Source: Hormiphora californensis (lineage: Eukaryota; Animalia; Ctenophora). From it: a stretch of 64,000 nucleotides of DNA. This document shows positions 50,301 to 62,671 of the stretch, piece by piece. The first letter of the stretch is position 1. Every line of letters starts with the position of its first letter. The position numbers and the translations under genes were made by a program. The stretch lies in the NCBI GenBank assembly GCA_020137815.1, contig CM035362.1, positions 2,232,001 through 2,296,000 of the forward strand. The letters run 5' to 3'. The notes beneath the pieces are model-generated. The model was not told where the DNA came from. It saw nothing but the letters and a program-made list of their open reading frames with translations, and did not search any database.

Positions 50301-53300
50301 TGTTTCCTTGTCATACCATGAGCCCAAAATTTCGGCTTCTTTGATAAACTGTTTTTTGTTATTCTTCAAAACCGTTTTCCTGTTTCTATGTGGTGCCCCA
50401 TGAATCCTATGCGGCTTGTTAACAGTCCCCATTTTAACAAAATGGGGGCTGTTCATTACAGGGTTATATATAGGGAACCGGAACGAGACCTTCAAAATAT
50501 ATAGAGCTTACTTTGTATAAACCCTTGATATAACTTATATTATCCGTTTTATCAAAACTGCTGACAACTTCCAATTTCCATAGCCGTCTTTCTTTCACTT
50601 TTGGGAGCATACCAGTACACAGTACGCTACTAGTACCACAAAATTCTAAAAAACTGTGAATTGGGTGTATTATTTAATTTGGAAAAGATATATGCCCCCC
50701 CCCCCCGATATATGTTTTCACTTACTATTTACTAACCCGACTAAAATATTCTAACACCCAACCCTAATTTGGGAAAAGATGTATGTTTTCACTTACCCTT
50801 ATCACTTTTCACTTACCCTTATTACTTTTTATTACCCCTTATTACTTTTTATTACCCCTTATTACTATCCCAGTGGTGGATGATACCAGATGGAAATATT
50901 GGAACAACGCCAATACCCATTTCCAAGTCTAAGGAAACTGAAAAGAATTTCAATATCATCAACATGAGAAAAGAGCTAAAGGGTTCATACTACTGCTGCG
51001 CTAAGGATATGTAAGTGTAATTAGCGATTTAGTTGATCGATAATGAGTCCCAATTAGCTATTTAATTGATCAATAATAAGTCCCAATTAGCGGTTTAATT
51101 GATCAATAACATGTCCCAATTATAAGCGATTTAATTGATCAATAATGAGTCCCAATTATAAGCGATTTAATTGATCAATAATGAGTCCCAATTATTGATT
51201 TAATTGATCAATAACATGTCCCAATTAGCGATTTAATTGATCAATAACATGTCCCAATTAGCTATTTAATTGATCGATAATGTGTCCTAATTAGCGATTT
51301 AATTGATCAATATCATGTCCCAATTAGCGATTTAATTGATCGATAACATGTCCCATTTAGCGATTTGATTGATCGATAACATGTCCCAATTAGCGATTTA
51401 ATTGATCAATAATGTGTCCCAATTAGCGATTTAATTGATCAATAACAGGTCCCAATTATAATGGTCTATGTATTTCCAGGAGAATTTCCGGGAAGAGAAT
51501 GTGTTCCCAACATATAACCGTCGCACAACAAGGTGAGTTTCGTGTTATTCTTTAATAAAATGGGGTGTAATTTGTAATACCGAGTAAATGAGAGAGGTTT
51601 CACTAGAATATATCGCCTCATCTTGATGCCCCCCTCTTGATGCTGCTATTGGTTAAGTAGTGAGCGGTTATAATGGTAATGAGCAGGAACCGACCGAATC
51701 AGGAAATACTGATCCCTGATTGGCTGATATCCAGTCACGTGACCTAAATAACGAGTTCTGATTGGTTGTTTACTTGTTTCGGTCGGTTCCTGGTAATGAG
51801 CGGTTATAATATTCAGTGGATTTCTCGCACATAAAGGCTTCATGGTAAAGCATGAATGAAGCTATGATAATTAGCATAGTTCTAGTAAATCTGTGTGTAG
51901 TAATATTGTAGCATTGTCGTGTAAATACATACAAGTACAAACACACATCTGCTGAGAGGGAGATGGAGTGAGATAGATAGGAGAGGGAGAGTGAGAGAGA
52001 GCGAGAGAGAGAGAGAGAGATAGGGAGAGTGAGAGAGAGAGAGTCTAGAGGGAGACAGAGAGAACACTATGTATGCACTCGGTAGCTACACAATACATTG
52101 TCACACTATTACACATTCACAGTAGGGAGAGAAAGGGAGACTGGAGAGGTAGGGAGAGGGAGACAGGAGAGGTAGGGGTAGGGATAGGGAGAGGGTAGAT
52201 AGAGTGAAAGGATGAAGTAATAGAAAGTACCGAGAATTTTTCTCATTTCTCTAGGATTATGAATTACAGATATATGATAGTACATGTAATACATATTATA
52301 TTGCCCACTTTTATTTCCTATTTTCGCATTGTCTGTCTGTATTGCAGCACACGCCTTTTCTATCTCTTTTTGTCTCTCTATCTTTCTCTCCCTCTCGCTC
52401 TGGCGCTTTCTTGTTCTCCATGTCTTTCTCTAGATCTCGATCTCCCGGAATTGCCATCTATCTATCTCATTTAAAAAGAACAAATGTTCTGAAATCTTTT
52501 CTAAGAAAGTGTGGCTGGAAAGTGGAAATCTGGACACGGGAATGAAATTAAAAAAGGTTCCCAATTTGGTCCTACATAATAAATTATATATTTTATGATT
52601 TCTAGTAAAAGAATATCCATTTCCCCGTAAATCTCTATCTGAATTTTGTTAGCTGTCACAAAATGAACCCCCCCCCCCCCCGTACAAACGAAACATGCAA
52701 TTCTTCTGTAGAACTCCAGTTATACAGGAGACACACGCTTAAAGGGGCGTGACAAGAGCCAGCTTGTATATACCAAAGTGTCCCCCGCCCTTTTTACGTA
52801 CACATCCCAACAGGAACTAAAAATCACGTGACTTGTGTTGCCATGGCAACAGTATCCATGACGACATACAGACCACGTGACCGGAACTGTTCCTTTCCCA
52901 GGGAGGGTGGGGTGTGTATATTTTTGACCAACTAGTACTATTAGGCATACTTGTGCTAACGCAGTTGTATCAGTAATGAGATAGAAGTAGTGAGAGAGGG
53001 AGAGAGGGAGGGAGAGAGAGAAAGGTAGAGAGAAAGTGCGTTCTGTAGATTTACATTGCAAATTTGTTAGGTGTGGGAAACAGCAGAGCTAGATTCTAGC
53101 ACTTTGTTTTCTCACTCTCCTTTTAATATCCCTCTTTTCTACATTTCCTTCCATTCTCGGTGATGTATTTCAAGCGACTTGTTTTTATTTTCTCAATGAG
53201 TGTCGTTGTTATTGAATTCTCGGTATTTTATTTAACGTTTTCTAATCGATTGTGTGGTTAAATGCACTGTGCCTTTCATCGGAAGCTTCTTTTTCTCTCC

Positions 53301-53383
53301 TGCTATCGCCAAAACGGCTTTATTTTCCGGTCAATTCTCCGAATTTTACATTTTCTCTTTCTCTCCCTTTCTTTCTTCTTTTT

Positions 53384-53421
<38 letters not shown>

Positions 53422-56400
53422 TTTGGCGCCAGACACAGAAAGTGTAGCAAGAAAGGTGAACAAAACCTTGCACTTCCGCCTCTCCCCCAACCTCCCTCTC
53501 CCTTTAGGGCCTTTAGTCTCCAAAATGGGGGATATCGTGTGTGTTCTGTATAATAGGGGGTATGGGAGATCTCTCTAGCATGATGGTTACCAATTATAAT
53601 ACTGCATTCCATCTTAACGTTTTATACCACATCATTTGTCAGTGGGTTCCATTAGCCGTCTTTAGTGTCGACTGTCGAATAAGGGGTGAGGGGGGGGGGG
53701 GTAAAGGCAACTTACCTAATTGCATAAATAAAAGCATAATCTGTCCGCTAAAATGTACAACAAATAAATATTATAATAAACATAAGCCATACGGCATACC
53801 CCTGTTTTTTCTAATATTTTTGGCCTTTTAGCCTCTCCAAAATCCGAGAAATCTCTAGCTCTTTTCCTTTCTTCCTCTATCTCCCTCTCTCTCGTCTGTC
53901 TTCCTCCCTGGCCTTCTCCTTTCTCTCTTTCCACACACTCTAATTCACACACTATCGCGGCTTATCACATCTAACCAAAAGGGCAGCGTGAGAGGGAGGG
54001 AGAGAGGAAAAATAAAAGAGAGAGAGAAACAAACACATATTCATGGCCCTACTCACATAGCGATTTCACATAAAATGAAGAAAAAACAATTTTTCTATAA
54101 CCCAGCCGTCTTATTCTCAGAAAATGTCCAACGGAAGTACTTGATTCTAACGATAAGCCTAATAGTTATCCTAGTCCTGGGGTTACTTCTCTACATAGCC
54201 TGGTAAGATCATCCCCCTCCACGCCCACTTTGTCCGCACACACAAAAAACCCAAAACAATCCTCTCTCTCTCGGCCAAACTGATTTTAATGTTAAGCTGA
54301 GGTGATCATTGACGTAACGCGCGGGACAGTTTCTGTGTGGGTTGGGAAGGCCACAATGCGCGGGGAGAGAGAAGTTTACCGCGCGCGCAGACACAATCTC
54401 TTCTGCGAATTTGGCGGCGGATCGGCCGGGCGACTTTCCGTCACCAGCAGCAGCTGCAGTTCATTGCAATTTGCATTTGTGGGCCATTTCTGAGTATTTA
54501 TGCACAGAGAAAGTGGGTGTTTGTGTGTAACGAGGTGTTACAATTGTTAACCGTGTTAATGATTATTCTCACTCAATAGGCTTACCCTATATCTCTGTAT
54601 TTCCTTCATGCTGTTCCTCATATTCATCCCCCTCCAGGAAACTACAGTTTCCAATTGTTGTTATTTATCTGCTAGTATGTATTATCCTGTCAACAGTCTT
54701 TTAGTAACTCATCTCCCCCTCCCTAAAAGCTCTGAACTCACCCCCCCCCCCCCCCCTCCTAGTGTCCACACCAACAAGATGGACAGTTTCAAGAGGAGAT
54801 TCCGAGATGTTTTCAAGAATAGTCACACTAAATACAACGGCCTCGAGGTGTACGAGGCTGGGCACATTATCCAGCGATCACAATCCTATCTCAAGCGGCT
54901 TTCCAAGTAAGAGGCAGAGAGAAGTTTGATGGGCGAGACGACAAGGAAATAATGAATTAGATTCGAGGGAGCTGGGGGCATTTCTTGGAATTGACTATTG
55001 CTCCATAAAATACCTCTCTCTATTTCCCACCCTGTCTTTCTCTCTCGGCCATTCTCCCCTCCCCTCTCAGCTATCGTCTCACCTCATACCACCTACACGT
55101 CCATTTTCTAACTGACAATATAATATTCAGGTCTCGGCCGCTGTCCAAGAGTGAACTAGCTGCACTTATTGATAAACTAAACGATCCGGAACCTGACTAC
55201 TCAGACGGGTGCGACTTGGGTAAGTAGCGAATCCTGATTTGGTTAGTATTACTAATATCACAATTAGCGAACACGATATCCGAACCTGAGTTCAGTTACG
55301 ATAGTTGATGTTTTGTGAATGTGTACAGCTGTGGTAGCTCCGTCCACTGTTTCAATTGAGGTACACCACCTGTTAATATTGTATTGTTATCAGGTGGAGA
55401 GTTTGAGGGTGTTCCCAACAACTGTATTTTAATAACCAAGACTCCTGCCGGTACAGAGAGCAAAAACAGGTATTCGGCCCGCTTTGGAGAGTGTACTGTG
55501 AAACAACAAATTGTGTAATCCAAACGTGGTCATGTTGCGAAATTAGGGTTGGGCTAATTCTCATAACACTATCATTTTCTATCCCCTTTGTGTACTGACG
55601 AATATATCTCCCTATATCAGATATGTAAACGTGTTACCTAACCCTCACTCGAGGGTGGTCCTTACTGAGCTAAATTGTGACGTAACAAGTACTTACATCA
55701 ACGCTAACTACGTCAGGTACAAGAGAGTGAGATAGTGTGTATCTGAATTTACACGTATTCTTCTGGGCAGGAACCGACCGAAACAAGTAAACAACCAATC
55801 AGAACTCGTTATTTAGGTCACGTGACTGGTTATCAGCCAATCAGGGACCAGTATTTCCTGATTTGGCCGGTTCCTGCTTCTGGGGTTCCTTTCCAGAAAT
55901 TTGAAGAGTAAATTTGTGGAAAATAATATGCCGTAAAGGATATTACAATTTGTCTACTCATGAAATTGTTTCTAGCCCCGCCTATAATGCACCCAAGATA
56001 GTGTAAGGTGCAGAAATAATTCTCTGAGTAAGGGAATTTTCATAATTTCTGGACAATATACCAGAGAACATCTCCCATTCCACATGTTCCTACATTGTGA
56101 ATTGAATTGACAATTGACTCCATGTTTTTCAGAGGCTACAAGTTGATCCCAAAGGATTACATCGCCACCCAAGGACCCCTTTCTTCAACAACATTCGACT
56201 TTTGGAGGCTACTCTGGGAAGAGGTGAGTTGGGGAATGCAATTTTTGCAAAATCATGCAATTTTTGCAAAATCATCAATCATTACCAATGAATTATAATT
56301 GATTAGTTGTAATCATAAACTACCTCCCATTCCTCAGAGATGCCGAATAATCGTGATGACAACTGGGTTGATAGAGAATGCTAGGGCCAAGTGTAACCTC

Positions 56401-59092
56401 TATTGGCCTGCCAGCGAACAAGGTATGTATCTGGATCCATTTTTGGGAAATTACCTCAATAACATTTGTCTCGTATAGTTGGAGATACTAGTCGACCCGG
56501 CAACCATACTTTTCAATCCTTCTCCTTGATGCACCAATCGGAGTATAACTGGCCCTATTTCCCCAAATTACAGGTAGTCCAGCAAGAATGGGGCCCTTTG
56601 AAATGGACCAGGTGGGTGCCTATCCCAGTAAATATTTCACCCTTACCATTCTGAAAATGTCGAAAGAGGAAAAGGAGGGAGGGAAAAGAGAGGAGAGGAT
56701 TCTTTATCATTTGTGGTAAGTCTAACCAACTTGAACTTCAAATTTCTGACAAAGTCCGTTTCCCCGAATCTCCTTGTTGTTGTTGTTGGCGAATCTCCTG
56801 GCAACTACCCAATATCTCCCTCTCCCAGGTATCACTCGTGGCCAGATTTCGGTGTTCCTGATGACACTACTCCCTTCCTTGATTTCGTGGAATGTGTGCG
56901 GGCCTTTAAAAAGAGTCTTCCTAATGTGCCTGTTCTGGTTCACTGCTCTGCCGGCATTGGGAGAACGGGAACATTCGTCGCCGTTAATTTAGGTAAGTTG
57001 AATATTTGGAAATGTTAAAATTTAGAGCAAAAACTAATTGAAATTAGTTCGCCAGAAAGGTGGCCCATTTTGAACTTACTCCTTCATTTCCGTTACCTTT
57101 GAGTTGAGGCTTCAAAGACATTGAGGTATCCATAAACTTTTCCGCCTTCAACTCAAAGGTGACGGAAATGAAGGAGTAAGTTCAAAATGGGCCACCTTTC
57201 TGGCGAACTAATTTCAATTAGTTTTTGCTCTAAATTTGTACTCTTTTTTGGTTGTTTGAGGTAATTTATGACATGACTAAGCTAGTTGACATTTGAAGCG
57301 TTAATATAATGTACTTGAAATATATCCTGGGTTATAGGAAACTGATTTGAAGAAATTTTCAAAATTCGACGTCATTTTGACGTCGTGACGTCACGACGAC
57401 GTCAAAAATTATGGCAGACTATTAGAGCTATGAAGCACTAAACGTGCAGAAAGCTTTAAAGGACACGGTAGTCAAGAACTGAAGTTATTGTACGAAATGT
57501 GAGTTTTGGATGTGGATTTTTATATCAAACTTTTGAGTTCCGACGCGTTTTAAGGTCTGAAAATGACACGTTACAGAATTTCACGATACAGTATCTGAAA
57601 GTTCAGACAATTTCCCACTAACGATTTTCCGTCAAATCAGGATTCAGAGTACGTCTTGAGGGTGTTAGAGGTGTTTGAAAATTTTTGGTATGATATTTTG
57701 CAATGACGTCACTTTGTGACGTCATTACACCCGTCATAGTGGACATTTTCTCTTGAAACCTTAACTAATGCATGCCCCGAACGATTTCCTAACGGATAAA
57801 ACTTGGTTCAAGTCTCTAGCTAGTATGGTTCGAGCTACAAGTGTTACACAGTGAAGCGTCTATATCTATATATCTATCTATCTATCTATCTATATATATA
57901 CCTATCGCCACACTGAATTTTCTGTTTTGGGGGTGGTGTCATAACTTGCGACCGGAATGAGCTAGCTACTTGAAATTTTTACCGTCAGTAGAGGTCTATG
58001 TGAAGCTTCTTGGTACCAAATTTCAGCCTCCTAGCTCATCTGGTTCTGGAGTTAGGAGGGGTCGAAAAGTGCCAAAATGGGCTAAAACTTCAAAATTGTT
58101 ATATCTACGCTGTTGGCAAGCGGGCCCACTTTTTCGGGAAAAGTTTTAGGGGGAGGGGATGGGGCCACCTTTGCGCTTGCCAGCGCAGTGATATAGGTTA
58201 CATGTTATTAGAATTTGGGCTGGGCACTAAGGAATCTCACACCACCAAGATCATTATTTTTTTGGAGCTAAGAATAGGACCCAAGATTAACTCCCCTCGT
58301 CCCCCAGGTATTGAGGAGCTAGAAGACACGGGTAGGGTGGATCCCCTCGGTTACATCTGTCAACTCCGCCAGGACCGGGGAGGGATGATCCAAACCCTCG
58401 ACCAATACGTCTTCGTCTACCGTGCCCTCCATGCCTACCTTCAACGCACAGCTGATCGAGACAGGGAAGATCTTCCCCGGATCAGTAACGGTTTTTACAC
58501 TCTCCGGGCGGATAACCCCTTACTACCCTCCTCTCTGGAACTACCCGTTGTTACTGATGAGGAGGGGTGTCGGGTGGGGGATGATTTCCTGACCACCATC
58601 ACCCAGGCCCAGCGATTTGTCAGCCGGTATAGTATCAGCAGTGTGGATAGCTATAAACACTCCACAACCGGGTCTATAGGTCCCCCACCTGACGATGATG
58701 GAGGTGGTGTTAATGGGAAGATTAATAGTTCCTCATCATCCCCACAAACAAGTCAGAAACCCCTCCTTACGTCATCATCCTCCCCGCCTAATTCTGAGCA
58801 TGACGTCACCAATAACACTACTCTGAGTTCCTCGTCACCGCCACAGAAGAAACAAAAACGCAAATCCAAGGTTAAATCACTCTTCTTCCCGGGGTCCAAC
58901 AAGGACAAGCTGAAGAAATCACAGACTGTCTCACATTCGAGTTATAACGTTTCCATGGAGATGGAACCGCAACATAAAAGATCGCTGTCGCTTAGCAACG
59001 TAAAACTCTCCCGAGACAATGTCCTGACTACAGGTTCTATTACTAGTAGTGTAGGGTCAGGGATAGATCAGAAGGAGAGTGCTCCCTGCTGA
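46053..59092 (+). CDS. Receptor-type protein tyrosine phosphatase: signal, Ig-like x2, TSP1 x3, Ig-like x2, TM, single PTP domain (PTPRR/PTPN5-like), Ser-rich tail
   Basis: Signal exon 46053-46110; Ig 46184-46537, 46772-46942; TSP1 (WSEW..W/Y..C...R.R.C) ~47998-48159, 48381-48545, 48687-48845; Ig exons ~49202-51532; TM exon 54121-54202 in matching phase; PTP motifs [56 protein letters not shown]. The join of ectodomain to PTP is inferred. Confidence 0.78.
49072..49154. mobile_element. Short MITE, CAGTCGGACCCCGATT family
   Basis: cagtcggaccccgattcaccggg...cccggtaaatcgggatccgactg; related sequence at ~63130-63200 and ~63894-63990. Confidence 0.65.
49464..49573. mobile_element. 109-bp hAT-type MITE
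   Basis: Flanks tcagatag/ccagatag. Confidence 0.85.
51018..51460. repeat. ~33-bp minisatellite, ~13 copies, intronic
   Basis: Unit cccaattagcgatttaattgatcaataacatgt. Confidence 0.9.
51684..51792. mobile_element. 109-bp hAT-type MITE
   Basis: Perfect 8-bp TSD GTAATGAG. Confidence 0.92.
52825..52879. promoter_or_regulatory. Candidate RFX X-box flanked by two E-boxes
   Basis: CACGTG 52825-52830; perfect GTTGCCATGGCAAC 52837-52850; X-box-like gtatccatgacgac 52852-52865; CACGTG 52874-52879. Confidence 0.5.
55768..55876. mobile_element. 109-bp hAT-type MITE
   Basis: Perfect 8-bp TSD CTTCTGGG. Confidence 0.92.
57018..57237. repeat. ~93-bp-arm hairpin at the start of a repeat-rich PTP intron
   Basis: aatttagagcaaaaactaattg...gagttgaggc / gccttcaactc...tttttgctctaaatt. 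Confidence 0.8.
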
Positions 59093-60721
59093 GGTGTGTG
59101 TGTGTGTTGTGTGATGTTATATTGTTGCCCAATCCAAGTGTGATTCACAAAGTTGAAATATGTGACAGGTATACACCTCAAAGCGAGTCTAGGAGTTGTA
59201 GGCAGGGGCTGTCTGGCGACCCTGATCTGAGCCGCTCAGATTTTGAGTATCAAAACGGGGCCTAGACAAGGGCAGGGCTGGGGGCTGAAGAAGAACCCCC
59301 TGTCTGTGTGCCTCTATTATATTCCCTTCTATTTTTTTTTGAAAGTTTGATATTTTAACTCAATCTCTCTCTCTCTCCACATCTCGACAACTCGGTTGAT
59401 ATACTACTTTCCTATGTTTTGCGTTTTTCACATTTTCCTCTTTTTACCATACCACCTTTGACATGGCTAAGGCTTGCTTTGTTCGACCCTCTCTCTCCAG
59501 TCTCCGCGCTCGGAGTAAATAAATGTAAAGGAGGGTTCAGGGTTAGAACTTAACAAGCTAAGGCAGTGAAAATGGAACAAGATGACATATTAGTTGAGTA
59601 TGGGACTGTGATTGTCACGTTGTCAATAAGTTATAAAGGGAACTATATTTTCCGACCTCTAGTCGTTGTCATGCCCAAACCTAAATTAAATGTTCCACCT
59701 CCCCCGGACCAAATGTGTTCGGTTTATATTTGTATTTGTATTTTGAATTGTTACGAAATAGAAAACGGTGAAAATATATTATATGTGAGAGAAATCTGGA
59801 TAGATGATTCTATCGCAGCTTCAAATTGGTTCAATTTTTAACGAATGCCCATATGTTTTTTGTGTGTTCTGTGTGTGCCTTATTTAGAGAGCTGTCCATG
59901 GTGGTAGTGCTGATATGTTTTTTTTTCAAAATAATGGGAGGAGGTTAGTTTGTGTGTGCATTTTCAGTATTCTGTTTTCGCGTTAAAAAAATGATTGGCA
60001 TTACTTTGCTTCAAGTTCACAGGAGTGCAACGTGATATGACTTTGTGTTGGCATTTGTTCGACACTTCTCTCGTCGTGACTCACCCAGAGCTGTAGCACT
60101 GCAGGGTCAAAGTGGGGTATAAGTGAAACGTGAGATATTAGGGGTCGTACGGTCGGCCAGTTTTTCCAATATTCTTTTACCATTGATTGTTGTATATATA
60201 ACATTCGTTAAAATGCTACTTCTTAAATCTCAATGTTTTGTTCTTTGCATTACAACAGGATATCATAAGTTGTCGCGCGGCTTTTGTTTTGCGCGTAGCT
60301 AAGTGCGCGCGCGTTTTATTAGAAAATGAATAAAGTTCAAAAATCAAAATTTTTGGTTTTTTAAATTCTGTTTTTTATCATTGATTGGTGGGCGTGACTT
60401 GATTGTGCATGACTTGAACATTTCCGAGGGGCCTCATTTTTAAAAAGGTTTTGGAATTTTGCGTTGTATCGAACGTCCAGTGATGCTCCAGCCCACATGA
60501 AGCGTTCCTAAAGACACGGTCTACGACGCCTAAGACACATTCTACTTGCATTGATTACTTTTTCACTCGTCGTAGACCGTGTCGTGGACCGCCCACGCCC
60601 CACCGTGGGCGGCGCTAATCGCTATGCAAGCGGCTAATGTAATGGAGCACCACTGGAAGATGGAAGGTTAAGTAAAATCGAAACTTAACATCAAATATTG
60701 TCTTCAGTTTATTGCAGTGAC

Positions 60722-61810
60722 ATGATTGAAAGTGAACGTCCAGAGAACTCCCTGCTGATCGATGCAGCCTTAGGGAAAATCGTGCCTCGTGTGCCTGTTT
60801 GGATCATGCGACAGGCGGGGAGGTACCTGCCTGAGTTTAAGGAGGTTTTCTCCCAGCATGACTTCTTTGAGATCTGTCAAAATCCCAAACTTTCTGCTCA
60901 GTTGACCGTACAACCTGTTGAGAGATTTGATCTGGATGCTGCGATCATATTCTCGGACATTCTCGTGATTCCCCAGGCTCTTGGGATGACGTGTATCATG
61001 AAGCCTGGTGTTGGTCCAACATTTGAAAAGCCCCTTGTGTCCAAATCAGATGTTCAGGAGCTCGCCCCCTTTTCCGTCTCCAAACTTGACTATGTTTATG
61101 AAGGGATCAAGGAAACGAAGAAACTTCTTAAAAACAGAATACCTCTCATCGGGTTCGCTGGTGGGCCATGGACGCTCATGAGCTACATGGTAGATGGTAT
61201 GACAAGTAAAACATGCTCCAAAAGTAAGCGTTGGATGTATGAGGACAAGACGAAATCTCAAGCCCTGCTAAAAATCCTCTCTGATGCAGTAGTCGAACAC
61301 CTCATCGAACAAGTGAGGGCCGGAGCTAACTTCGTCCAAGTATTTGAGAGTAACGCTGGACACCTCAGCCCTATGATGTTTAACAATGTCGTGTCGCCCT
61401 TCCTGTCGGATATTTGTAAACGTGTCCGTGACGCTGTCGGGGATCATATTCCAATAGCCCTCTATGCTAAAGGGTGTAATAATTCCCTCCCTACTATCAA
61501 CAAGTTAGGGTTCAACGTGGTCAGTATTGATTGGTTGCTGGACCCTGAAATAGCACGTGACTTCCTAACTACCACCCTTCAAGGAAATTTGGACCCCTGT
61601 GCGCTGTACTGCGGGAAGGAGGACCTTGAAGCGATTGTCAAGGAAATGTTGCTCAAGTTTGGAACTCGGAGGTACATCGCCAATCTGGGACATGGAATTT
61701 ATCCAGATATGGATCCGGAGCATGTGAAGTGGTTTGTTGATGCGGTCCACAGGATTTCAGAAGATATGATCGGAGGGAAGGATGTTGATGCGAACGTTAT
61801 GTACACTTGA
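60722..61810 (+). CDS. UROD: Uroporphyrinogen decarboxylase
   Basis: PVWIMRQAGRYLPE, DAAIIFSDIL, PLIGFAGGPWTL, LQGNLDP, IANLGHGI; uninterrupted ORF. A small upstream exon (~60642-60665) is possible. Confidence 0.97.
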   Translation: MIESERPENSLLIDAALGKIVPRVPVWIMRQAGRYLPEFKEVFSQHDFFEICQNPKLSAQLTVQPVERFDLDAAIIFSDILVIPQALGMTCIMKPGVGPTFEKPLVSKSDVQELAPFSVSKLDYVYEGIKETKKLLKNRIPLIGFAGGPWTLMSYMVDGMTSKTCSKSKRWMYEDKTKSQALLKILSDAVVEHLIEQVRAGANFVQVFESNAGHLSPMMFNNVVSPFLSDICKRVRDAVGDHIPIALYAKGCNNSLPTINKLGFNVVSIDWLLDPEIARDFLTTTLQGNLDPCALYCGKEDLEAIVKEMLLKFGTRRYIANLGHGIYPDMDPEHVKWFVDAVHRISEDMIGGKDVDANVMYT

Positions 61811-61998
61811 AAAATGAGTTCGTTACTTTGATATAGCGGAAAGGAGTTTTTTATGTGAAATTTATTTATAACTCTCTTTGTATTTTTATCCTTCAGAAAA
61901 ACTTTAAAATTGTATGCTATTATATATCGGGTTAGTATACACAATGCACATTATATGCTACTTGAATCGTGTGGGCGTGCTGCAGTGTGTGTTAGCTC

Positions 61999-62087
<89 letters not shown>

Positions 62088-62671
62088 CCTCTCTCTCTAT
62101 TGCGATGTTATGGCAAAGAACACGTGTAAACTTTTCCTTACTTTTGTGCGTGCAGGGCACATCGTGTGTTCTTACAAAAACGAAAGCCCTGTGACATTTG
62201 AGAAGATTAAAAAACCACACCGTTTATTATTTCAAATAATTGAAGCATGCCAAAATCCTGAACAAATAAATCCTGAATATAATATTATGCATGGTCTAGT
62301 ATGTATCACGTGTAAATTACGCCAGACGAACGATGTGTGAAACAATCATCCCCCCCCCCTCTCTCTCAAACTACACAATCCACTATTCCTCTCCCTCTCT
62401 AATCCCATTGAACTTCCTACCTAGCTCCGTTTGTAGAAGATGGTAAAAGAGAGATTATGACACTTGGAAGGGTAGATTATTCAGCCGAGAACAACTTTAC
62501 ACACCACCTCTACCTGGAGAAAATATTTTAGGAGCCCCCTTCTAACGAGACTACACATAATCCAGGGACATAATATATCACTGATCCTCCTGCTACTTCT
62601 TGTCTCTTTTTCTCTCCAGTTGAGAGACAGCTCAGATTTGAGTCTTTGGAGATCAAAAAGACTGAATCACC

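Noticed and set aside
55457-55469. 13-nt micro-exon encoding ESKNR of the PTP
   Set aside because: A longer in-phase exon (55394-55469, [14 protein letters not shown]) fits the family better.
60698-61810. Bacterial hemE contamination or horizontal transfer
   Set aside because: Motifs such as SDILVIPQALGM and RYIANLGHGIYPD match eukaryotic UROD, and the flanks are contiguous host-like DNA.
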